This document shows, in pieces, positions 1 through 14,057 of a DNA stretch of 64,000 bases (the first letter of the stretch is position 1; every line of letters starts with the position of its first letter). Made by a program: the position numbers and the translations under genes. The stretch is from Mytilus californianus (taxonomy: Eukaryota). The notes below the pieces were generated by a model. The model was not told the DNA's origin. It was given only the letters and a program-made list of their open reading frames with translations, and made no database searches. The stretch spans positions 125,364,001 to 125,428,000 of the forward strand of contig NW_026262679.1 in assembly GCF_021869535.1 (NCBI RefSeq), in the 5' to 3' direction.

Positions 1-292
1 AAATTGACCTTGCATATAATTGGATAATCTGTGTATGTTAATTCTAATCATGAAACTCCTCGCGTATTGGAATAAGTATCATTAGCTTTCAATTAGTGAG
101 GTTTTGGAGTTCCTGCTCAGGTATATCCATAAAAAGAGTTTCGGACACACCAAATATACAAAGCGTTATTTTCACAGCTCTTGATTTAAATCTAAATTCG
201 TGTATGCACTTAGAAATCCCACAGCAAAGCAATACGCTATCATTACTATACTTCACCTTAAAGTTTGGCCTTTTTAACTTTTTCATTCGAGC

Positions 293-332
293 GTCACTGA
301 TGAGTCTTTTGTAGACGAAACGTGCGTCTGGC
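293..332 (+). ncRNA. Type I hammerhead ribozyme in a retrozyme-like repeat fragment (~264-375)
   Basis: Stem I GTCA(293-296)/TGGC(329-332); core CTGATGA 297-303; stem II GTCT/AGAC with loop TTTGT; GAAA 317-320; short near-palindromic stem III ACGTGCGT; GTC cleavage triplet 326-328. Confidence 0.82.
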
Positions 333-1249
333 TTACAAAATTTCAATACTTGTATCTATGATGGATGAGTTTATTCACAATGAAGACTATTAGCTAGAAT
401 CGTTGACATTTATCACAAAAGGTTTATTAAACTTACCTTACAACCAGGTTAAATGAAGGGGTAATAGCCTGGCTCAAATTTATTCATTTTTATCATTGTT
501 AAACGATACCAGACATCTTCTTATGGGATTGTACAGTCACAAAACATCCTTAACTTCCAGCTAAACGATACTTTTATTACTTGATGTATTCCGCCTACGG
601 CACTCGACTTAATTAATTGGCAATATTCTTATGAAACAGTACAAGGTTGTGTGTTACGTCTTGAACTGATTAATTACCTTCCACTCTAAACAAATGACGT
701 ATAAGGATGTATGTACATAAGTGAGATATCTGTACACAAATGCAGTCACTTATTAGAAGGGGCGGATATAAAACTTCGATAACTAATAAACAATATGAAC
801 AATATAGTAGTAGTAGTATTTGCACTCTGATATACTGTACACACGTGTTTATCAAAATGCAATCTCAATAATTTTTCTTTAACGACTAAAAAATTAAATT
901 AAAAAAAACGTATCTGTGTCGCTTAGAAGAGAGAGCGTTACAGTTTGAGCAAAAAAATATATCAATTTGTTTGAAATATAGTTTATGTTTATATTTATCA
1001 TTTATCAACTACTTGGATCATTTTTCTGTTTCTTTAAAGTGGTATTTCTTTGGTTGCTTCAAAATAATCTATCAGTCGATTCTTCCTTTCGATGTGTTTA
1101 CGTTTTTATTTTTACATAATGAACATTACATACATGATTGTTTTTACTGAGACTGGATTCGCACGGCTAGTTTTTTTTTTTTTTTTTTCTCTTTCTCTTG
1201 GTTGATCTTTTCCAAATTTATTTACTAGCTTAGAACATAAGATAAGGAA

Positions 1250-1625
1250 ACTATTTTGCCTTTTTTGAAAGACGTAATGATAGATAAACGATTTACGAAA
1301 ACGATGGGATCTCAGGTGCTCCGGAAGGGTAAGCAGATCCCGCTCCACATGTGACACCCGTCGTGTTGGTCATGTTAGTACACACCCGGTGATAAGTCGA
1401 ATTCGGCAGGTCACATTCGGGGAAAGGGGACGGGATTGTAGTTACGACAATTGGAAGATATCCGTTGTAATATGTGAAACAGATATTCCATAACGGTCAA
1501 CCAACTCGTGATGGCGTCCGTAAAATTTACGAAGGGATGATTTCAACTTCGCCATCTGGAACTCTTGGTTTAATAGCTTCCCTGTGAGCAGCAACCCTCT
1601 ATCAAGGAAATCATGATAGGGTGAT
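1250..1625 (-). mobile_element. 3' fragment of Penelope-like (Naiad-type) retroelement, RT C-terminus plus tail
   Basis: ORF 1442-1675 contains PYHDFLDRGLLLTGKLLNQEFQMAKLKSSLRKFYGRHHELVDRY, homologous to the end of the 14214-15521 RT (DFNERNLCITEKLLHQGFRYHKLVKTFTKFYHRY). The DNA also matches 9000-9300 in reverse. Confidence 0.7.
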
Positions 1626-4209
1626 AAGTGATATAATATGAACAAAAGGCATATCAAAAGAACAGATTGGTCCATCTAGGGTCAAATTTTCCTTACAGAG
1701 TTGGAACCTTAGTTTTTAAATAATTTCTTAATTTATCAAAGGAGAACTGAACAAAAACAAAGTTATAAATCATGTCAGTACCGACGTATTACTAATTTTA
1801 TTACATAACAATTCAAGACCAGATATATTTATATAATTACTAGGCAAATGTATTTTTGTATTTTTTTTAAATATTTGCATTTTTTTAAAAAAATGTTGAA
1901 ATTTTTATTCTTTCAAACTGGCTCAAAATATGATAAAGCCACATGTTGAAAAATCACGCATACTGTCACTGTTTTCGACCTTCATCTGTAATTGCTATTT
2001 GTGACTAGTGGTAAAGATGATAAAGAGGCATCTCACTTGTAAATAGTATACATTTACTAAGTTATTATCCATTTAAATTATTTTTGGATTTTGAATACAT
2101 GAAGCATACAAATATTATAGTAAATTGTCAACACTATCATTCTCTTGACGTAGACCAAAACACAAAGTTGACTTCAAGATCAATATTGAGATATGTTTTT
2201 TGATACATTATAATATCGTTATTCTCTTAAACCAAAGTAAAATGATGCCAAGAAGTACACATATAAAATGATATGCATTACATTAATATATTTACAAAGG
2301 CAGGGTTAAAATATAAAATCATTATCCATGAGATCCTAGCTATTTTTTCCTAATATAAAATTTTAAAAGTAGGTTTCTGCAATAGTTTTGTTTTGTATAG
2401 TGTTCCTTGCATAGATCATTTTAACTGACAAGTTTTTAATAGTCTTTATACAAATAATTAAGTTTACATGATGCTTTAACATTTCAATAAATTAAAAGTA
2501 AAAAAGGGAATTCAGAATTTTGATGACCAAGTTATTTCTAGGGAGCCTGTTAAAACATTAAGTCCATTTTTAAATATTTGATTTTCGAACTATCAATATG
2601 AAGCAATATAAATGTTTTTTACATTTTTCAATGAATTGCATTTTGAAAAAAATGAATACGTGTTGACCAAAAGCAAACCAGTAACCTTTGTTCAATGGCA
2701 TTTCATGGTTCAATACATTTGTTAAAAAGGAAAATAATGTACGAACAGTCGGACATATATAAGTTTTTCATTGACATGCATACGTGGGATGGTGTTTTTA
2801 GCAATACCGCTAATCCTATATTATTTATTACGGTGATTTTGCGTTATAAAGATAAATAAATCATAGGTAAAAGATAAATTTCATTCAATTTACATGACTC
2901 GGCAGGAGTGACATTTCAGCAAAACAAAACGTTTCCTAAGTTTATTACATTGCACATCTGCGTCTTAATCATAAAATTGTCGCCAAACTTATAAAAATAT
3001 GTCAAACCGTTTGACAAATTTGTCCTGCGTTTGTAATCATATTTTGTACTACGTTCTTTATTGTGTCTGCTATTGTTTTTATTCAATCATTAATTATAAT
3101 AAGACTAAAGTCGCGAAGACAATTATACTCATTTAATACTCTAAGAAAACCATCTTTCTGTTAATATTGAAGATATATTGTGTGCGTCTATCAAAACTTA
3201 TGTTATGTTTAAACTATGTTATGTTTTCAAAACAATTTCTTCTACATAAAAAATCCAAAATCCATTATAAGGAAATTGCTATTTGATAAATCACTGGATG
3301 CTATTGAGATTATTTATTCTTCTTTGTTCGTCTATTCATTATTTATTGAAGAAAAACACTCGTAAGGTTGTCTAAACATCGTAAATATTTCAGGAAAAAT
3401 TATCACAGAAAAAGATCCCATTACTATAGCTCATGTGATATGATATGTCTCCACTCTGGACAATTAGAAATTCACTTTATAAAGTTGCTGTGTCCGAAAA
3501 GCTTTTTTGTATTTACCTTCATCAGGAACGTTCATACCCTTAAAGGTGAAAGTTAATGATTTAAAATTACCTAAACACTTGCAGATCTATATGACCAAAA
3601 GGATCCTAAACGAATAACCAAATCTATAGAATTAGATGGCCAACTTTGCCTGATTAAGTATGACCCATTTTTCTTTTCAATTTCTCAGAATGACGTCTTT
3701 ACACCAAATCCATTGGAGGGAGCCTCTGACTCAGTAGTTTTTGGTTGGTCGCTGTTTGCCATATTTGTTTATTGTTTCAAGCATAAACAAGGTCGTCAGT
3801 TAACTTTTTTTTTCAATGTTTTACATTTTGTCAAACTATTGTCCATTAATGTATGAACTGTTTAAATTGTATACTGTTCGTTAAAAAGGGGAGAAGATTC
3901 TAAAAGCTTAATGTCAATATAAAGAAGTCGAAGGAAAAGAGATTTCTCCATGAAAAAAGGAATCGACAAACAGTCCAAAAAACTACAAATAAAACTAGAT
4001 CAAGTATCATTCACCCAATCGAACCTATTGACACGTGCAAAAGATTTGAAATTTTGAAATATTATAAAACTAGATTCTACAGCAGCTGATTATATTGCTT
4101 ACCGCAAAATAGTGTTTCCGACTATTGTCATCATGTGAAAGATCTTGTGACTCCTAAAGTGTCAGTAATGATGTGCGAAGAGAAACACTTTGGTCTTGCA
4201 TTTATCATA

Positions 4210-4711
4210 TAAAAATGAGAATGGAAATGGGGAATGTGTCAAAGAGACAACAACCCGACCAAAGAGCAGAAAACAGCCGAAGGCCACCAATGGATCTTCA
4301 ACACAGCGAGAAAATCCCGCACCCGCTGGCGGGTGTCAGCTGGTCCCTAAATAAAAATGTGTACTAGTTCAGTGAAAATGGACGTCACACTAAATTCCAA
4401 AACATATAAATGAACCAAAATTAAAAAACCTTCAAGACTAACAAAGGCAAGAGGGTCCTAACTTGGGACAGGCGCAAAAATGCGGCTGGGTTAAACATGT
4501 TTTGTGAGATCTCAACCCTCCCCCTATACCTCTAGCCAATGTAGAATAAACAAACACACATTTATACGCACAGTAAAACTCAGTTTAAAAGAAGTCAGAG
4601 TCTGATGTCAGAATAGGTAACAAAAGAAACTAAGTAAAATGATAATGATACATAAATTAACAAAGGACTACTAGCAGTTTCTGACATGCCAGCTCCAGGC
4701 CTCAATTAAAC
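4210..4711 (-). mobile_element. ~500-bp 3' terminal segment of the same Naiad family as 14056-16161
   Basis: Reverse complement aligns along its length with 15661-16161 (GTTTAATTGA...CTGGAGCTGGCATGTCAG ... GACACATTCCCCATTTCCATTCTCA). Confidence 0.85.
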
Positions 4712-7700
4712 ACATATATACATTAACTCCTTACTTTCACATGGAATAACATTTTAAGAAGCATCGTATTATGTAAAAAAATAAAATTTACAGTTTCTCC
4801 TGCTTGGACAGTGGCAAATGTATGTTCAGAACATGAAAAAAGTTTTAGAAATTACACAAAACTCATCATAGATACCAAAAGGAGCACACCAACTACTCTG
4901 TTTGACCTACACTTTCTTACATACAGGGAATAAATTACTCATTAATGTAAAGTTACCAATTGTGGCGTATTCCCTATAGTGACCTGTTTGTGGAATGCAG
5001 ATTTTGTTCGGGTTTTTTTTTCTGTCTTGATTTTTTATTATTCAAAATGAGGTTTCAACATCAGTAAACTACTGTTGCCTCACATCAAATTTATCAATAG
5101 AGACTTTCTTTAATCCACGGTCAAGCTTGCGATATTATATTCTACCAGAGTATAGAAAGTACAATCATCAAGTTTAACAGACTCATATTTTAAACGAGTT
5201 TTGACCACTGAAAATCTTATTCTATGTATGGCAACAAGTGTACAATGGTGAATATGTTTCTATGTATGTTGGCGTTTGCTTTTGTTGTAGTTCAGTGTTT
5301 CTGTTGTTCCGTTTTTTTCCTCTTCTAGTTGATGTGTTTCCCTCGTTTTAGTTTGTTACCCGGATTTGTTTTTGCTTAATCGAATTATGACTATTGAACA
5401 GCGGATTATTACTGTTGCCGTTATTGTATCTACTTTTTAAATACAGGGAATTTAATTATTTTTTAAGATTAAGTTATCCAGTTTGTATGTGCAAATTATT
5501 CAAATTTGCACAGCCACTGTCGTTTTGAAAATATTTCAAATGTGTAAATATCCAAAATTGTAAATTTCTGTGATTATTTCACAAATAAGGTTTGTTGGAC
5601 AATACAAATATGCATCCGGCATAATTTGATAAATAATGTGCAAAAACCTGTAAAACAAGCGTTTGTCAAAAAAAAGATTTTGTTTATCTTATTTATTTGA
5701 AATGAAAATCAATTTTAATGACCTTACAGTCATATTTAGATAAGAACAATGACCTTATTTTAACACTTAGTCCGGAAAGTGGCTTATTTAACCTTAAAAT
5801 ATTTCTTAATATTTAAGTTTACCGACTCGGAGTCATTATGCTTGGGTGCATTGACTATATGGAAATAAATCAAAGCATTGAATTTAAATGATATAATATC
5901 ATACCAATGTGCTATGCAGGATTGATGATTTCAAAGTTAGAGGTGAGTTCATTTCAAAACCATTTAGTGCTTTTTACTATTACGAAAACTTTATCAATCC
6001 CATCATCGGCCACTATAGGACATGCTATATATAATGATCATAAATAGATAAAAATGAAAGATGTGTCCCTCGTTAAACTCAACTCTGGTAAATAATATAA
6101 ACGTCTTCAACTAATGGTATTAATGCTATAACACGACATCTAGATAAAAATGGATGTTTAGTCACCGAGAGCATCATCTGAGCAGTAGTTCCACTATGTT
6201 ATATAGCATACATACTTATCTATATATAGAAAAACATGTTAACTTTGATTTTTAACGTATCTTTTCAAATTTTGGATTTTAAGTTATAATGATTATTTCT
6301 TGATATCTAAAGCATTGTGTGTCCACAACTAAGCATTATCAACGTCAATGAAAGATGGGGAATTATCCATATACCACTAGGGATAATCGCGTTAACTTAT
6401 CTAAAACATTTTCAATTTTAAACATAATGGCTCATTCATCACCTTCAAAGAAAGGAATATTTACAATAAAGAAGAGAGTCAACCTGGTTAGCATCAACGT
6501 GGGTTTGATTACTCCCTAGGAAATCCTCCCTACGAAAATGACTCAAACGTTGACCACAAGCGATTAGCGATAAGCAAAAGGTGCAGCAACTACAAAAAAA
6601 GCCAGTCAAGTGCAACTGAGGTACGTGATCAGATTTAATAGAAGTTTCATCGAATTAATAGAAAACATAAATTTCCAAAAGCATGGCAGTCAACCTGTCA
6701 ACGGTAATAATATCCCTGTAAAGTGTGTTTAGTAATAAAAGCATTACGCTGTTGAAATTTGACACCCATATCTAAACTTTGAATTGTACACCAATACGAC
6801 ACTCAGTTGTTGGTTAGTGGTAATGTGTTATGTCCTTTATGATTTTCAAGGCTATTGTTAATTTGTTATCTGTGATCTCATTATTGTATAGATTATAGTC
6901 CGTATTGTAGTAAAAGTTATAAGTTCTCAGAAAATTAGCTTGTCCCAACAAGAGTGTGATTTTGTTACCCGATAACTATTTTTACGATTCCTTTACAAAA
7001 CAGTCTTGATCATTAGCTTCAACGTAAAAGAATTTAAAAAGAAGATAACAAAAATATCGCCAGAATGAAGACTAGCTCTCTATACCTGCGTAGTTATTTA
7101 AAAAACAAAACACACACACACAAGATTGAATAGCCCTTCCAATATTATGTTCATGTACTTGTGTTACATATTACATCATGATTACTTTAATTGTACGTCA
7201 AGCCAATTGACATGTATTACAAATTCATTAATATGGTCAAAATCATTAATGACATTTCAAGCTATAGTTTTGACTTTGGGCGTGACACATGGGTAGACCG
7301 CAAAACAATAATAATATATAAATAGGAAGTTAAGAAAATTACTGTGAATTCATGTTTTAAGATCAATGACCGTACTAAATATTGTTCTCTGATGCGGTTT
7401 GGATTCGGTTTGGTTTGGATTATTTTCGCATCCTTTTTGGGTTTTCTTTTTAATAACTTTGACCTCGAACATAATATCTTTGTAGTCATATATCCTAAAT
7501 ACTATGAACACTGCGATTAAGAGAAAATTAAAGCACAAATTAGCTAAGAGCTAGTTCAATGATTAAAAAGTGGCTACCTTATAAAGGATTCCCTTGCAAG
7601 GACCAACATGTAGAGCAACCTATGTAGACATAAAGAATTTTTTTTTATATATTTACAGTATTGTATTTATGCATAAGGTGATAGCCTTGGCCAGTTACAC

Positions 7701-8261
7701 CATATATCTCTGTTTCAATGCAACAAACAACATGCGCATGAATTTGCTAATTTCTCTATAATCCTTCTCCGGGAACGGGAGTGTGAATTTGAAAGCGAAC
7801 ATACAACAATGACCAAAGCAAGGATTTACTTCCGAAGCATACATTAATATTCCACCTTCGTCTACATGTTTGTATAATATTCTCAAAATTACTGATTGAT
7901 ACTAAAAATATCTAAATATCTGTTAGAGTACATCCAATCTAAGACTTTCATCTTGCAATAGTATAAAAAAAAAAACATTTGAGTTTCCTACCGTTTACAC
8001 AAGTATTCCCCATTCCAAAGTAAATGACAAATTGAAAGAATTGGTCCATCTTTGTTTCATTAAAAAGAATGGCCAATGTAGATACAAGTATCTTGTCTTA
8101 GGGAGGGATCATTCGTACTTTGTAAAAAAAAATCACTCTTATTCAAACAATTTTTGCTCTTTGGTCGGGTTGTTGACTGTTTTACAAATTCCCCTTTTCC
8201 ATTCACAATTTTATTCTCTGATTGACGACATAATTGTTACGTTTTGAGTACCTGTTTTTTA

Positions 8262-9425
8262 AGCAAACAGTTCCCAAGGGAACTAACTGTGCTCCTCCAT
8301 TTGTTGACTTGTTCCTTTATTCATATGAGGCTGACTTCATACAGGAGCTTATTATGAAGAATGAAGCTAGCCTTTTTAACTTCACTTTCCGCTAACTAGA
8401 TGATGTTCTCTCACCATATATTTAAAGTTTGGTGATTATGTTGACCGCATCTATCCCATCGATTTGAAATTAAGGATACAAATAAACTCATCATATAGAA
8501 ATAGATGGATTAAAATGTTGTATGCCAAACGCACGTTTCATTTACAAAAGTCTCATCAGTGACGCTCGAATCAAAAAAGTTGAAAAGGTCAAATAAAGTA
8601 AGAAGTTGACGAGCATTGAAGACTCAAAATTACGAAAGGTTTTGCCAAGTACAGCTACGGTAATCTTTTCCTGGAGTTAAAAATCCTTCGTATTTCGAAA
8701 AATTCAGAGTTTGTAATCAGTTAATAAATAATTATGACCATATCAATGATAATTCACATCAACACAGAAGTACTGAACAGATACAGTTAAGTCTGCTTTT
8801 CATGTAGAAATTGACAATGAGGGTCAGTTGAGAATAAACACGACTAAAGATATGAATTCAGTTTCCCAATTGTGAACTTTCCATTTCTATGTAGCAATAT
8901 TACAGCCGCGCCTGCATACGGAGTATATATCCCAATTGATACAATGCTCCAGAGCTTGCATTTCCTATAAATATTTCCCTAATAGAGTGTTGCTGCTTAC
9001 AAGGAAGCTATTCTAAAAAACAAGAGTTTCAAGTGGTGAAGTTGAAATCATCCTTTCGAACATTTTACGGACGTTATGGAATATCTGTTTCACAGTTGAC
9101 GACGAATATGTTGCAATTGTCCGAGACACAATGCCGTCCTCTTTTCTCGAATAGGACCTACTGATTTATACTTATCACCGGGTTTGTACTTACATGAGTA
9201 ACAAGACTGGTGCCACATGTGGAGCAGGATCTGCTTGCCCTTCCGGAGCACATAAGATCCCATCGTTTTGATGGAGTTCGTGTTGCTCAGTCTTTAGTTT
9301 TCTATGATGTGTTTTGTATACTATTGTTTGTCTTTAGGTCGTTTTTCGATTTTAGCCATGACGTTGTCAGTTTGTTTTCGACTTATGAGTTTGGATGTCC
9401 CTTTGGTATCTTTCTCCTCTATTTT
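8262..9425 (+). mobile_element. Degenerate Naiad-type PLE (second subfamily), RT pseudogene interrupted by a retrozyme-like insertion
   Basis: Broken-frame motifs (P)KGTNCAPP, DLFLYSYE, FR*LDD, FPIVNFPFL, PAYGVY. The 3' tail is like that at 1250-1420. Confidence 0.75.
8481..8777 (-). mobile_element. Retrozyme-like element with degenerate hammerhead (8524-8563), nested in the Naiad RT
   Basis: Reverse strand reads GTCA CTGATGA GACT TTTGT AAAT GAAA CGTGCG TT TGGC, the same family as 293-332 but with a disrupted stem II. The host RT resumes at ACAGATACAG after AAGGATACA. Confidence 0.7.
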
Positions 9426-10766
9426 ACATATATGTAGTTTTATGTTTAGTTTTATTACATTCAATGTAAAAACAGAACTTTTGATACATTTATGAAATAA
9501 TTTAAAGGCGTTCTTACATTAACACATAGAAGTCATAGAAGTAAGAAATTAAGAATAACATTTCGGGTTATCACTGGACTCAGAAGAATTGGTTCCTTAA
9601 GCCGATACCCGCATATTTAGCAAAGTAAGAACGTTTAGACGACCTGGTTAAACTCAGGAATCTCTATTATGTGTGTTCATATAATACAAAATATATTATA
9701 TATGAAATATAACAATTTCAAAAAACAGCATATCATTAAAATGGTACGCTTCAATGATTTACGTGAATGGACTGACATAGAATAACTATGTATATTTCGT
9801 ACTAATAAGTTTTCATTTGTGATTTATAATGATAGCGATTATTTGAATGTCGCATAAATGTATCTGTATAAGGAAGAACTAAAATAATTCGATTTTTTAT
9901 ACAACATTTATGATATATTAATCTACATACTATACGGAAATTGTTGTGCGAGATACGAGGGACGTATTTTCCTACTTCACAAAGTGACTAAAATCTGACC
10001 TGAACAAAGTTTTCTCTTAAACTGTACATTCTGCGGGAAAGTTTGGGTATACGTCTATAAGAAAACAACAACAAAAATAGAAAGGAAATACAGTCTAAAT
10101 TGATATAAAGTCATCGTTAACGATTTCAGGGTATGTTTTGTGTGATTGTCTCATTGTCTCAAATCTAACTAAAATACTATATTAGCCTTTTTTTGCATTT
10201 TCAAAAAAATAACAAAACTTACCATGACTGTTTAGACTTTATGATATACTAATATATTTCTCTTACAATTTGACACGATTTCCCATCAGTTTGATATCAC
10301 ACGTATGTATGTATATTAGTACGCCTTTTGTTGATTAGATCAATCACTTATTTATTACCACACCTTTTGTTTTATTGACATCAATGTCATGAGCTAATTG
10401 TAATGAAATTTGAGGTTTTTTTTGTATTGTATTTTTACGTAGACGGATCATAACCCGCCCTTTTTTCTATAATAAACATAATAGTTTGTTAGTTTTGTGT
10501 AGTTTACCCATGCCTAAACCACAGACAATAAATAATATTTACAACATTAACCCGTTTCCAGGTGAAGTCTATATTCATAGTATGTATACATATGACATGA
10601 TTATATCTGGGACTATTTATAAATTTCGTGAGTCCTAAGCGCTTTTTTTGAATTTACCTCTATCACGAAAGATACACCCAAACATTTGAAAAGCGAGAAT
10701 GTATAAACACCTGAATACGTAAGGACTTATCTAACCAAGAGGAACATAAACATATTAGTCGAATTT

Positions 10767-10951
10767 ACGTGTCCATCCCGTCAAACGTGTCTTACCCCCA
10801 AACGTGTCCATCCCGCGAAACGTGTCCATCCCGCCAAACGTGTCTTACACCCAAACGAGTCCATCCCGCCAAACGTGTCTTACCCCAAACGTGTCCATCC
10901 CGCGAAACGTGTCCATCCAACCAAACGTGTCCATCCCGCCAAACGTGTCTT
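10767..10951. repeat. Minisatellite of two unit types, AAACGTGTCCATCCCGCC (18 bp) and AAACGTGTCTTACCCC (16-17 bp)
   Basis: About 11 units read directly. The 10769-10990 ORF is only its translation. Confidence 0.9.
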
Positions 10952-12769
10952 AAATCTTACCACATCTTCTTATATGAATATCAAAAATAAGAGATGTGTA
11001 TATACGTAGAAACGTGATGAACTATATAACCATTATGTACCTAAAAAGAATAGCCTAATTCATCTATGGTCAACTTTGCAAGAGGTAGTTTGGACCTTAG
11101 TTTCTTAATGATTTCTTAATTTATCAATGGGGAATTTAAGAATAATATGTTATAAATCATGTCAGTGCCGAAGCACTGACTTCTGAGCTGATGAAAAGTG
11201 GTGTATAGCCGATTGCAACTAAGTAATAAATCATGTTCTCCCTGCACTAAATATCGCTCGGTACAAATCCAACAAATTTAGTGGTGGACACCTCATTAAC
11301 AGTCAGAGAAAAGCACGACCTAATGCAATGCCAAATATACTATCGGCAGGAGGTAGGACCATACATTTTCATAACTGTATAACAATGCATATTGTGTTAT
11401 GTTTTGAAATATTAAAAACAAAAGTAGTGTTAGTACCGATAAAAACAGTATTCAAATATCTTACTTCTGCAATGGTAATTTTATAAAATTGAGAATGGAA
11501 ATGGGGAAGTATTCTTGCTTATGTACTTTATCTGTAGAGTGTCTATATGCCATTTTGTTTTTCTTTGATTTAATAGTTATTTGTTTTATAGTGATTAAGA
11601 TTATTACAAAATGTTGACTGCTGTACCCCAATTTTTGACATTTTTACCTATTATGTCTGTTTGTTTTGCTCACTCATTGTTGTAAATATAATGGAACTAT
11701 ACGATTGTCACAAAAGTGAGAGGTTTAGCTAGATATAAAATCATGTTTAATTTACCATTGTCTACATAAGGAAATGCCAGTACCAAGAATATGACTGTTG
11801 TTTTCCATTCGTTTGATGTGTATGAGCTTTTGATTTTGCCATTGTTTCGTTTTGAATTTCCCTTGGAGCTCGGTATTTTTTATATATTATTTTTTTCAGT
11901 GTTAAATTGTTAATTTTTAAGAATAAGTTTACATTAGTTAAAAAGGTTCGTATCTATATTTATGGGCTTTAAACAACATCCTAGTGAAAAAATAGGATGT
12001 GATCTCCCGTTTGTAATAAGATTTCTATACAGCCAAACTTTAAAACCAAATCTTTGTATCTAATTTATCTTCAACTTCCAAAGAGTTTTTTTTTCACTGG
12101 TAAAATAATTAATTCCATAATTTCCATAGGCTCTAGTACAAAAGCTTATATTAATAGTAGTACGAGAACTAGTTAAAAAGACAGAAATATTAATAATAAA
12201 AGACTTACTAGAAGCCGAGATGGGACGATATTTGACAGGTTTGTTAGTGTGGCTTAGGTAGCCAACACATATTACTTAGGGACCGTCACGGCAAATGTTC
12301 ACAAGAAGCCTTTAGCTGAGAAGTGGCTATGGTTTCATTGTTTACTATTTGACTCTCTGTGGAGCACAAGGCTTTGAATGTAGTAGAATTTCTTGAGAAC
12401 TTCCGTGTAGTTTTAACGTTATACCACTTCCCCTTTTATGCTCTTTGAACTAAGAGATTTGTGGCAGTAAAAGTGACTTCAAAGTAATTACCTTTTCAAG
12501 TAGTGTGGGATATACCAACCAAGTTAATTGCATCTTTGCAGTTCTCGATTGAATTATTATTTGCGCAAACAAAACATATGTTACAAGACGAATGAGAAAA
12601 ATCATTATATGATGAAATTAAAAAAAAAATAATGTCATATTTATCTTTAAAACTAGCAAATAAAGTTATACAACCGCTAAAAAAACATAAAAGAGCTATC
12701 GAACAAAGGTTCTTACGGGTGAAATCGAAGTCATCTTTTCCCTTCTAATGTTAAAGATGCCACTATGAT

Positions 12770-13090
12770 ATGATCCGTTATGGAATATGTGTGACGCAAA
12801 TGACAACGCATTTATTCTACTTGTCGTAGCCACAACCCCGTGTTCCTCCTCTTATTTATTGCCTCACCGAATTCGTCTTCTTTCTTAATCTATTTTTGTC
12901 ATGAGCATCACTACAGATGCTACAATTAGAGCAGTAACTGCTTACCTACAATAAGAGTACCCGTTTTCGGTGTAGTGTTCTTGGACTTGTGTTTGTCTGT
13001 TCATTCTTATTCCTTTTTATTTTATCATGGTGTTGTCAATCTTTCATCGTTTCGTGGGTTTTAATTGTCCACATATGGTATCCTTCAAAA
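12770..13090 (+). mobile_element. Highly decayed Naiad-type 3' end
   Basis: CGTTATGGAATATGTGTGACGCAAATGAC ... AGCAGTAACTGCTTACC ... CATGGTGTTGTCA resembles 9070-9370. Confidence 0.4.
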
Positions 13091-14057
13091 TTTCACCATT
13101 TATTTGTCTGTCCCGTATTTTTTGTTTTATTGTTCTCAATGGGTTTCTGATGAAGATGTACCAAGAAAACAGCACCGAGTTGATAATTTTTTAGTACTTT
13201 GTTAATAGCGCAACTGAACTGCTACACCTCTGGAGACTTCATCCCAATATAGCAAATATATGCATTGACCTCAATATTTACCTATACTTAGATAATGTAT
13301 GAGCTGATAAATTTAACATTTGATAAAAACTATAGGATGACATGTGTGTCCATTTCTTTTAGATCCTTTTTGATGACGTATCACCCCGTGTATTTATGCA
13401 TCTTTGCATGTGCGACTTTGTCTTCCTGGTAAATGTATATCGAGCAATACGCAAGTGTATTATGTGTTTTTCTATTACATTTAAATTGCTTACAGTTATC
13501 ATTTGATACTAGTAACTATTTCGTTTTGCATTGAATGTTTGACACTGGACTTAAGGCAAATAACAATCAATCAATCCAAATTTAGCCAACACTCAATTAC
13601 CGATTTTCTAATCTCATAAATTGATTCAAGGTAACAAAAAAAACTGAGGGAATTGCATGATGATGAACTCCCGTTGAAAAAGACCAAGACCGAGTGCGTC
13701 GACAGGGTAGGCGTCTTCTGCTATGCAAGCATCACCCGCCATGCGAATCCACACCCAGTATAACACGATGAGGAACAGGACATAATTTGTAGAATTCCAG
13801 ATCACTCGACTATTCTGATATCTAACGATCTTAGACCGCGAAAACATGTCACTAGTGAGTTGAGACCAGACGTCTAGTGAGTTGAGACCAGACGTATCCT
13901 ATCGGTCAACCAATTCGTGATGGTGACCATAAAAATATGTAGCGACAATTTCTGCGTTTTCCCCTCGTTATTGACATGAGCGGTAGTATTTTTGTTAATG
14001 AAGCCTAAATAGTGTTGACATGTACGAGCTTAAGGTATTAATTGAGATATGTGAACT

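Noticed and set aside
10769-10990. Cys/Pro-rich repetitive peptide (TCPSR repeats)
   Set aside because: It is the translation of the minisatellite, with a GTG start and no splice or expression support.
12230-12560. Relatively GC-balanced stretch that might be exon(s) on the minus strand
   Set aside because: No open frame with recognisable homology and no consistent splice pair.
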